From: Pseudodesulfovibrio piezophilus C1TLV30
Lineage (GTDB): Bacteria > Desulfobacterota > Desulfovibrionia > Desulfovibrionales > Desulfovibrionaceae
Assembly (NCBI RefSeq): GCF_000341895.1
Contig: NC_020409.1
Location: forward strand, 1,950,001 to 1,982,000
Direction: 5' to 3'
Length of the DNA stretch: 32,000 bases
Shown here: one piece after another, positions 17,579 to 24,588 of the stretch
Layout of the letters: the number at the start of each line of letters is the position of its first letter
How positions within the stretch are numbered: position 1 is the first letter of the stretch
Program-made: the position numbers and the translations under genes
Notes under the pieces: generated by a model
Told to the model about the DNA's origin: nothing
The model's input: only the letters and a program-made list of their open reading frames with translations
Database searches by the model: none

Positions 17579-17790
17579 TTATCCTCCAACAACTGCTCCA
17601 CGGAATGCATCTTACCAAGGGCAAGCCCCTCTGGAATCAACACCAACCCGCACTTCGGGCAGGTCGGCAATTCCACGTTGAATAAAGAGTCGAGATATTC
17701 AAGCTCCACGGCGCGTGGCACCAACTTCTCATTGCAGGTCGCACACTGCCAGGCAGCGGCATCCGCTTCCGGCACCTTGATGACACTCAT
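17575..17790 (-). CDS. Small zinc-ribbon / double-CxxC protein (71 aa)
   Basis: Start at ATG 17790 (MSVIKVPEAD), overlapping the upstream stop as ATGA (17787-17790). Two CxxC pairs are present: CATC and CPKC. The longer ORF to 17823 would lie inside the upstream gene. Confidence 0.55.
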   Translation of the reverse strand: MSVIKVPEADAAAWQCATCNEKLVPRAVELEYLDSLFNVELPTCPKCGLVLIPEGLALGKMHSVEQLLEDK

Positions 17791-20033
17791 GCCTGTCCCC
17801 CCTTGATGCGCATACGGTGGCACCAGACATTATGAACGGTAAAGACATCGCCGGAACGCTCGAACTCCACCCAATAGGTGACGGTCACCGGCCGGAATGA
17901 AGCCAAAAGCCGACCAGTTTCACTATTGACAAAGCTCCGCCCCGAGTCCCGAACCTGCAACAACGTCTTTTGCACATCACTTTTAAGAATCCGCCGCTCT
18001 TCCATCAGCCGAGCAGCCTCTTCAGTGAACGTCACCTCGATGGATTCGAACGGTTCTTCTGCACCGCTATCCTGCTCGCGCCACATCTCCCGGAGCAAAT
18101 GCTCCCTGAGATGCACTCGATTTTCCCGGCGTTCGGAATATCCCGGCGATGGACGCGCACCAGCATCTCCGCTTACAGGATACAAGACATCGTACAAGTG
18201 GAGAGCCCGCTTGCCTACCTTGACGAATCGATCGCGGCACATGATGCAGTACGTCACGAAATCTTCCTGAACCGAGTCGGCCCTGTGCTCTGTTATCGCA
18301 TCGGCAAGCGAGGAATTGGCCTCGGCCACCAACCCGCCATAGCCACAACATTCCGTGGTTTCCCCTGTCAATTCGGGTTCGACCACGGCCTGCGCCACCT
18401 CACCGAGCAGCATCCGGACATCCTCCCGCATCATGAGATCATGCCGTGCGGAACAGGGATCATTGATAGCGACAGTCCCACACCTGGACGCAGACCTAGG
18501 CACGCCGAGCGCTCGAAGAATCGTGTAGTGTGAAGTGATTTCCGCACCGGGCAACACTTTTTTCAAAGCGCCCAGACAGGAAGGACAGGAGGCGATAATC
18601 TTGGGCTGTCCCAGGGATGCCCACATGGCGGCAAGATGGTGTGTGGCTTCGGCCTTCATATCTTCACGCCCCGCCCATTCTGCCGGGATACCACAACAAT
18701 GCAGTATCAATCCCACCTGACCTATCCGGTGGCACAGGTCGGCATAGGCTCGCTGCACGACACCGGGGTTGGAAGCAGTCAATTGACAGCCGGGGAAAAA
18801 AACATATTCACTCGAATCCGTTCCCGGCGCATGACGGGCCAGGGAAACAGAATCCCGATTGGCAAAGAGCATATCCCGCAGGGCAAATTCATGGGCCGAT
18901 TGTGGCATCTTCCCATGCTGCACCATACTGAGACGTGCCTCATGGCACAAATCAGCCATGGCGAAATCTTCAGGGCAAACGACTTCGCACAGCCCGCACA
19001 AAGTACAGGAGTTAATCATGCCATTGGCTTGACGTGTGCCCATGACAATAGATTCGTTATTGGAAATTTGACGAGCATACACTTTGGGATATGCCTTGTA
19101 ATGCTTCAGATATTCACACTTTTTCACACATTCAAGACACTCGCACTGAAGGCAGCGCCGAGCCTCGGCACAAGCGGCCTTTTCGTCATATCCTTCATCT
19201 TCCGACACGGGAGAAGCCGAAGAAACCTTTTCGAGACTGGTGAACAGACGCGTCTCATACGCCCCTTCCTTTTCCCTGCCTGTCACCATGGAGACGCCTT
19301 GGGTAAAGCGCTCCAGGGAATTGGCTGCGCGACGCCCCGTGGCGGCCTGCAAAATAAAAGAGGGTTCCCCCAACGGACTGGCAAACAATCCTCGAAGCTG
19401 TGTCCCCAGTGTCATCGCATCCGGCTTATCAAGCCCCGCAGCAAGCTCAGGAAAAGCATCCGAATCAAGAAAAACCGCATCACTCTGCTCAATCAGGGAG
19501 AGGAGCATCGCTTTCTCGACCACAATGCCGGTTTCCATGGTGACGCCCAGTTTGCCAAGATTTTCCAGTTCCCGAACAAGCACCCCTTCGTCGAGAAAAG
19601 CCAATTCTCCCGCGACGCTGTCACAGTACAGGGTCACGTCAAATCCTCTGCGAGCCATCTCCCAGGCAGCACACAGTCCGGTGAGATTGCCACCAACAAC
19701 GGCCACATGTTTGTGCCGCGATGGCAATGGGCGGGGAGGGGAAACAGGCTTGGCAGTCTCAGCGCAGAACCGCTCCAACGTCCCCATTTCTATGGGACCA
19801 CCTGCATCCTTGCGCACGCATGCCTCACGGCACGGCGCATCACAAATTCGGGCCAGAACTCCTGGCAGGGGCATGGTCTTGGCGAGAACTGTCCATGCCT
19901 TGTCCCACCGTTTCTGCGCCATCAAAGAGCAGAAAGTGCGTCCATCCACATGCAAAGGGCATGCAGCGACGCACTGCGGAGGTTCCTCCTGAATACATTT
20001 ACTTTCCCACTGTCTCAGTTCAGCCTGTTCCAT
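17787..20033 (-). CDS. Multidomain oxidoreductase: GltD-like N-terminal Fe-S domain, dinucleotide-fold domain, 2x[4Fe-4S] ferredoxin and two HdrD/GlpC-like CCG domains
   Basis: 748 aa. GltD-type N-terminus CVAACPLHVD...ARICDAPCREACV. Degenerate Rossmann motif VAVVGGNLTGLCAAW. Ferredoxin motifs CLQCECLECVKKC and CTLCGLCEVVCP. CCG-type motifs FFPGCQL...HCCGIP and NDPCSARH...ECCGYGG. RBS GGAAGGA upstream. Confidence 0.7.
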   Translation of the reverse strand: MEQAELRQWESKCIQEEPPQCVAACPLHVDGRTFCSLMAQKRWDKAWTVLAKTMPLPGVLARICDAPCREACVRKDAGGPIEMGTLERFCAETAKPVSPPRPLPSRHKHVAVVGGNLTGLCAAWEMARRGFDVTLYCDSVAGELAFLDEGVLVRELENLGKLGVTMETGIVVEKAMLLSLIEQSDAVFLDSDAFPELAAGLDKPDAMTLGTQLRGLFASPLGEPSFILQAATGRRAANSLERFTQGVSMVTGREKEGAYETRLFTSLEKVSSASPVSEDEGYDEKAACAEARRCLQCECLECVKKCEYLKHYKAYPKVYARQISNNESIVMGTRQANGMINSCTLCGLCEVVCPEDFAMADLCHEARLSMVQHGKMPQSAHEFALRDMLFANRDSVSLARHAPGTDSSEYVFFPGCQLTASNPGVVQRAYADLCHRIGQVGLILHCCGIPAEWAGREDMKAEATHHLAAMWASLGQPKIIASCPSCLGALKKVLPGAEITSHYTILRALGVPRSASRCGTVAINDPCSARHDLMMREDVRMLLGEVAQAVVEPELTGETTECCGYGGLVAEANSSLADAITEHRADSVQEDFVTYCIMCRDRFVKVGKRALHLYDVLYPVSGDAGARPSPGYSERRENRVHLREHLLREMWREQDSGAEEPFESIEVTFTEEAARLMEERRILKSDVQKTLLQVRDSGRSFVNSETGRLLASFRPVTVTYWVEFERSGDVFTVHNVWCHRMRIKGGQA

Positions 20034-20055
20034 ATTCCTTCCGAGAAAGAATCAA

Positions 20056-20089
20056 GACAGCGGCCCATCTTGGAGGACGGACCGCTGTC
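20056..20089 (-). terminator. Intercistronic hairpin between mop and the downstream accessory genes (partial terminator or attenuator candidate)
   Basis: GACAGCGG (20056-20063) and CCGCTGTC (20082-20089) are exact reverse complements. On the minus strand the stem is followed by TTGATTCTTTCTC, then the RBS of the next gene. Confidence 0.4.
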
Positions 20090-20106
20090 AATGAGTTTAC
20101 AGAGTC

Positions 20107-22824
20107 TTAGCCCTTGAGTCCGGCCAACACCTTTTCAGGCAGTGCAGGCAGGTCTCTAATACGAACACCACACGCATTGGCTATGGCGTTGATAACAGCG
20201 GCATGAGGAGCTGTGAGCGGCATTTCACCGACTCCGGAGGCTCCGAAGGGACCGTCGGGACGTGGGCTCTCGACATAGATGATCTCCATGTTGTCGGGGA
20301 TCTGCTTGATGTACGGGAATCCGGCACCGACCATGGTCGAGTGCTTCTTGATGTCCTCATAATCTTCGCTCAGCGCCAAGCCGATACCCTGTGCTACACC
20401 GCCATGAATCTGACCGTCAACAACCAGGAAGTTATTGACGACACCAACATCGGCGACTGTGGTCATCTTTTCGACAGTCGTTTTTCCTGTTGCCAGTTCC
20501 ACTGCGACTTCCGACAGGAACAAACCGTACATGTAGCAACAGAAGGGGTTACCCTGTCCGTTTTCATCACAATCATTGGCCGGAGCGGTCCACTTGCCCT
20601 CATAACGCAGGGGCAGGTCTTCGGCGACCATTTCATCATAGGTACGGAAGCTGCCATCCGGTTTGCGCATGGCTTCCACGAGGGCTTCGCAGGCAACACG
20701 GGTGGCCTGACCGGTCACAACCTGGGAGCGACTGCCGCCAGCAGGTCCGGCATTGGGAGCCTTGCTCGTATCGTTCATGACCAATCTGATCTGATCAGGG
20801 GTGAGATTGAGCGGGCGCAGGGCCTCATGAGCAGTACCCAGTGTTCCCATATCCGCGCCCTGGCCATGGTCTTCCCAGCAGGAATATACGGTCACGGTAT
20901 TATCGGCATTAATACTGATATCAACCTGGGAGCTATCCGGGCCGTCAAGACCGGAACCATACACCCCAAGGCCGATTCCGACGCCGCGTTTGACTTCGGC
21001 AGTGGAATTCGCGGCAGCGCGTTTCTTGGCTTCTTCATATTTAGGCCGCAGGATGTCGAACATCTCCGGCAGTGAGTAGACTTCGGGGTCCTGGCCGGTG
21101 GGAGTGGTGGAACCTTCGCGATAGACGTTCTTGTAACGCAGCTCGAACGGGTCCATCCCCAGCTTCTCAGCCAGTTCATCCATGAGCACTTCAGACGGGA
21201 ATTCACTTTCAGGTGCGCCGTAGCCACGGAAAGCGGCTCCCCAGGCGTGGTTGGTGCAGACGGTGCGTCCTTCTCCACGGATATTCGGGATATCATATCC
21301 AGCGCCGATATACTGTGCTCCGCGCAGCGTCAGCAGATCACCGAATTCGGAGTAGGGACCGTGGTCAACGCTCCAATCGGTTTCCATGCCAAGCAGTTTG
21401 CCGTCCTTGGTGGCTGCATACCGCATCCAGGTCAGGAACGGAGAACGCTTACCGGTGTAGGTCTGCTGCTGGTGCCATGTGTAGTTCAGGAAGACGGGAC
21501 GGCCAGTGGCCAACGATGCCGCGCCAACCAGGGCTTCCATGGTCGGGCTGAACTTGTAGCCGAAGGTACCGCCAGTGGGGTTCTGAACCAAAACCAGATT
21601 CTCTGGCTCCACGCCGAGACCGGGGGCGATCATGTACAGATGCAGGTGCAAACCAATGGATTTGGAGTGAATGCAGAGTCTGCCTTCATCATCGGTGTAG
21701 GCAAAGCCGACATCCGGCTCGATGGGCATATGCGGCTGGCGAGAAGTATAAAAGTCGCCTTCCACAACCACGTCTGCCTTATCAAATATGGGAGCGGTAT
21801 CTTCGCCTTTGGCGATTTTCTGAGTATAGTAAACGTTGGGAGTTCCGGGATGAATCTCGATAGCGTCATCAGCCATGGCAGCCGGGGCGCTCATGTATTC
21901 GGGCAACTGCTCCAACTCAACCTTGACCTTGGAAACCGCGGCCTTGGCATTCTTTTCAGTATCAGCGCAGACAATGGCAATGGCATCGCCGTACTGAAAG
22001 ATCTTCTCATCGCAGAGAATGGGACGATCCCAGCCATCACCTTTGTTGGTCGGGAATGTGATCAATCCGGTAATCCGGTTCTTTCCCTTGACATCCTTGT
22101 GAGTGACGACCTTGAAGACACCGGGCATCTTCTCGGCTTCAGTGGTATCGATGGAAATGATCTTGGCATGAGAAACTTCAGCCTGAACCAGAGCGCACTG
22201 GAGGGTCTCAGCAGGCAGTTTCAGACCGATGTCCGCACCGAAGTCCCAGGTACCTGTGACCTTGGCAACTGCGGAAGGACGGGGATACTTGGTATTCCAG
22301 ATCCGTCCGTCATCGGGGATCTTGAATTCCAGTTCCTCAATCTTCATATCACCGCGCATGACAGCGGCGGCATCCTGCGTGGCGTCCACAAGCTGCTGAT
22401 ACCCGGTACAACGGCAGGCGTTGCGATGCTTCTGGAACCAATCGCGAATGTCTTCACGGCTGGGATCAGGGTGGGAATCAATAAGAGCCTTGACGGAAAC
22501 AATGAAACCGGGAGTGCAGAAACCGCACTGGGCACCGCCATGAGCCATCCATGCAACCTGAATCGGGTGCATGTGACTCGGAGTTCCGATGCCTTCAGTG
22601 GTTGTAATGCAGGCGCCTTCCTTGACGCGCTTCATTTTCATGGTGCACGAGCGAATCAGCTTGCCATCCACGATAACACTACAACTACCGCATTGGCCTG
22701 AACCACAGCCAACCTTGACACTGGTGAGGCCAAGATTCTGGCGCAAAACATTGGCGAGCGACTCATCTTGTTCGCACACCACCTGTTTGGACACGCCGTT
22801 CACGAAGAGCGTGAGTTTGATCAT
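20107..22824 (-). CDS. mop: Molybdenum (MCD) aldehyde oxidoreductase, Mop type (xanthine oxidase family, two [2Fe-2S], no FAD domain)
   Basis: Start at ATG 22824 (MIKLTLFVNGVSKQ...GLTSVKVGCGSGQCGSCSVIVDGKLIRSC) with RBS AAGGAGG. At 905 aa, it matches the roughly 907-aa Desulfovibrio gigas Mop layout. The second 2Fe-2S motif is GGAQCGFCTPG and a large Mo-binding domain follows. The track ORF start at 22899 adds 25 non-homologous residues. Confidence 0.85.
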   Translation of the reverse strand: MIKLTLFVNGVSKQVVCEQDESLANVLRQNLGLTSVKVGCGSGQCGSCSVIVDGKLIRSCTMKMKRVKEGACITTTEGIGTPSHMHPIQVAWMAHGGAQCGFCTPGFIVSVKALIDSHPDPSREDIRDWFQKHRNACRCTGYQQLVDATQDAAAVMRGDMKIEELEFKIPDDGRIWNTKYPRPSAVAKVTGTWDFGADIGLKLPAETLQCALVQAEVSHAKIISIDTTEAEKMPGVFKVVTHKDVKGKNRITGLITFPTNKGDGWDRPILCDEKIFQYGDAIAIVCADTEKNAKAAVSKVKVELEQLPEYMSAPAAMADDAIEIHPGTPNVYYTQKIAKGEDTAPIFDKADVVVEGDFYTSRQPHMPIEPDVGFAYTDDEGRLCIHSKSIGLHLHLYMIAPGLGVEPENLVLVQNPTGGTFGYKFSPTMEALVGAASLATGRPVFLNYTWHQQQTYTGKRSPFLTWMRYAATKDGKLLGMETDWSVDHGPYSEFGDLLTLRGAQYIGAGYDIPNIRGEGRTVCTNHAWGAAFRGYGAPESEFPSEVLMDELAEKLGMDPFELRYKNVYREGSTTPTGQDPEVYSLPEMFDILRPKYEEAKKRAAANSTAEVKRGVGIGLGVYGSGLDGPDSSQVDISINADNTVTVYSCWEDHGQGADMGTLGTAHEALRPLNLTPDQIRLVMNDTSKAPNAGPAGGSRSQVVTGQATRVACEALVEAMRKPDGSFRTYDEMVAEDLPLRYEGKWTAPANDCDENGQGNPFCCYMYGLFLSEVAVELATGKTTVEKMTTVADVGVVNNFLVVDGQIHGGVAQGIGLALSEDYEDIKKHSTMVGAGFPYIKQIPDNMEIIYVESPRPDGPFGASGVGEMPLTAPHAAVINAIANACGVRIRDLPALPEKVLAGLKG

Positions 22825-22905
22825 GACAGTATTCCTCCTTGGTATTTGGACTGTCTCACTTTGCAATTGGAAGATCGGGGCGAAAACACGACTATACAAT
22901 GAAAA

Positions 22906-23922
22906 CTATTTTCCAAAGGGACAAATGGGATATCGGCAGACATCGCAGGTTGCACAGAAACCGCCGTGTCCCAGGGCAACGATGTCTTCACGAGTCACTT
23001 CTTCACCGGCCAGCAACCTGGGAACCACCAGGTCGAAAATACTCGCTCGGTAATACATGACACATCCGGGAAGCCCCAGGATATGGACATCCCCCAGCTT
23101 GGCGACCATGAACATGGCACCGGGGAAAGTGGGAGCGCCGTAAGTGATGACCTCTGCTCCGGTGGCCCGGATTGCCGTGGGCGTCTGATCATCCGGATCC
23201 ACGGACATACCTCCGGTGACCATGACCATTTCAGCCCCCTCAGCAATGGTTGCGAGGATGGCATCCCGCGTCATGGATGGATCGTCGGATGACAATTTCT
23301 GATCCATGACTGTCGAGCCAAGCTTGGAAAATTTTCTCCGGATGACCGGACCGAATTTGTCCTTGATACGACCGTGGTACACCTCGCTGCCCGTAGTCAC
23401 GAGACCGACACGGAAATGGCGAAACGGACGAACCCCGACCACATAAGGGTATTCGGCACAAATGGCTTCCACCTGCTTTATCTTTGCTTCATCGATGACC
23501 AGAGGGACCACACGGGTTCCAGCCACCGGACCTGGGTCGGATATCTGAAGTCCGCTATGCATGGTGGACAACACCACTTCCTCAATGGAATTGATGCGGG
23601 TGAGCGCTTCGACATTGATGTCGAGCAGTCCGGGTGCGGCGATCATGTTGACCCGTCCTTCACAGACTTCGGTCAGCGTGATGCCCTGGCCGGATGCGGC
23701 TTTGGCAATACGGAATGCGGCTTCATCCTCATGGATGGTCCCCCGCTCCATATTCAAAACATAGATATGCTCCTTGCCCATTTCGAGCAGTGCGGAAACA
23801 TCCTCTTCGCCTATGACATGCCCTTTTCTAAAGGCCGGGCCTTTGCATTCTCCGGGAACTATTTTGGTCATGTCGTGGCACAAGACCATGCCCACGGCAT
23901 CCTGAACGGGAACTGTTTTCAT
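22906..23922 (-). CDS. Molybdopterin-binding protein (MoeA-N-like plus MoCF-biosynthesis/Mog-like domain) with a C-terminal Cys cluster
   Basis: 338 aa. The N-terminus MKTVPVQDAVGMVLCHDMT resembles the MoeA N-terminus. The central LVTTGSEV...MVMVTGGMSVDPDD resembles the MoaB/Mog fold. The C-terminal CATCDVCRYPICP is CxxCxxCxxxxCP. RBS GGAG lies 9 nt upstream. Confidence 0.65.
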   Translation of the reverse strand: MKTVPVQDAVGMVLCHDMTKIVPGECKGPAFRKGHVIGEEDVSALLEMGKEHIYVLNMERGTIHEDEAAFRIAKAASGQGITLTEVCEGRVNMIAAPGLLDINVEALTRINSIEEVVLSTMHSGLQISDPGPVAGTRVVPLVIDEAKIKQVEAICAEYPYVVGVRPFRHFRVGLVTTGSEVYHGRIKDKFGPVIRRKFSKLGSTVMDQKLSSDDPSMTRDAILATIAEGAEMVMVTGGMSVDPDDQTPTAIRATGAEVITYGAPTFPGAMFMVAKLGDVHILGLPGCVMYYRASIFDLVVPRLLAGEEVTREDIVALGHGGFCATCDVCRYPICPFGK

Positions 23923-23998
23923 CTTTTCGACTCCATTAGCACATGTGCAATCGGACCGGGCAAGCGAGCACGCCTTACTTCATTCCACATCGACAACG

Positions 23999-24020
23999 AT
24001 TATGCTCATTTGGGCATAAT
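23999..24020. promoter_or_regulatory. Palindrome copy 1: ATTATGC-N8-GCATAAT (operator or leader-RNA hairpin)
   Basis: Perfect 7-bp arms with an 8-nt spacer, 77-98 nt upstream of the operon start codon. A second copy lies 79 bp away. Confidence 0.4.
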
Positions 24021-24055
24021 AACAGCGACCAGAAACCCCTTTCCGGCCGCCGCTT
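24021..24055 (-). other. Strand-specific 15-bp stem-loop in the putative operon leader
   Basis: The minus-sense sequence AAGCGGCGGCCGGAAA-GGGG-TTTCTGGTCGCTGTT pairs over 15 bp, including 4 G-U pairs. On the plus sense those positions would be C-A mismatches, so the structure only works as minus-sense RNA. It abuts palindrome copy 1. Confidence 0.35.
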
Positions 24056-24077
24056 GTGGACGGTCCGTCTCAAAAAA

Positions 24078-24099
24078 ATCATGCCTGGACGGGCATAAT
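24078..24099. promoter_or_regulatory. Palindrome copy 2: ATCATGC-N8-GCATAAT
   Basis: 6 of 7 arm positions are complementary, and the mismatch becomes a G-U pair in minus-sense RNA. It shares GGGCATAATAA with copy 1. On the minus strand it is followed by a T7 run. It overlaps a possible -10 (TATTAT, 24095-24100) paired with TTGCTA (24119-24124) at 18-nt spacing. Confidence 0.4.
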
Positions 24100-24247
24100 A
24101 ATAGACACAACTATTTTTTAGCAAGAACAAATATCAATCTGTTTCAACAAACTCGTACGGACGATACAGCGCAGGAATCGACCACTTCCTTTGGCTGTGT
24201 CAAACCGCACCTATCTGTTGGGAACGACGATTTTGACATAGTCCCAG

Positions 24248-24264
24248 TAGCAATCTCTAGGCCA
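24248..24264 (-). promoter_or_regulatory. Sigma-54 (-24/-12) type promoter candidate for the mop-linked operon
   Basis: The minus-strand sequence TGGCCTAGAGATTGCTA has exact GG-N10-GC spacing. It matches TGGC....... TTGCW of the consensus TGGCACG-N4-TTGCW. It lies about 325 nt upstream of the first start codon. Confidence 0.4.
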
Positions 24265-24515
24265 ATCAAAAAAAGATGTATTTTCAGGCTCTTGAAATCG
24301 CACTGAGGAAAGAGACTCTCTTATTGGGGGCAAAAAGGCCCACAAAGATGGTTCTCGAAAGGTGAAATTGACAAATAAGTACTCGATAACACGCTCAATA
24401 TATTCAATTTTATAGACAATGAGTCAAAAAGATACAAAAAAGACGGACTTTGGGTCAAAATGACTTGGTGAAAAAAAGGACAAGCGCATGGTTGCTCGGT
24501 TGGGAGTCTTTTTGC

Positions 24516-24564
24516 GAAAAAAGCGGAAAATAAGAAGAGGCGGCCATTTCAAAGAATGACCGCC
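24516..24564 (-). terminator. Rho-independent terminator downstream of the cysteine desulfurase gene
   Basis: Minus-sense GGCGGTCAT-TCTTTGAA-ATGGCCGCC forms a 9-bp stem with one G-U pair. It is followed by TCTTCTTATTTTCCGCTTTTTT and starts about 25 nt after the stop codon. Confidence 0.55.
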
Positions 24565-24588
24565 CCAAGACAAATAAGAAAAAATCTC

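Noticed and set aside
23939-23948. 10-bp perfect palindrome GCACATGTGC just upstream of the RBS of the first operon gene.
   Set aside because: A 5+5 palindrome is expected by chance in a region of this size. The 2-nt loop makes an RNA hairpin impossible, and there is no second copy.
23960-23974. Second sigma-54-like match closer to the start codon (minus strand GGCGTGCTCGCTTGC).
   Set aside because: The GG to GC spacing is 11 nt instead of the invariant 10, and the -24 element is poor.
23923-24240. Possible Moco riboswitch in the leader of the mop/Moco-related operon.
   Set aside because: The context is attractive, but I cannot recognise the conserved Moco-motif core from memory in this sequence. 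Without an Infernal/Rfam scan the claim would be invented. It is kept only as a test under the leader-structure finding.
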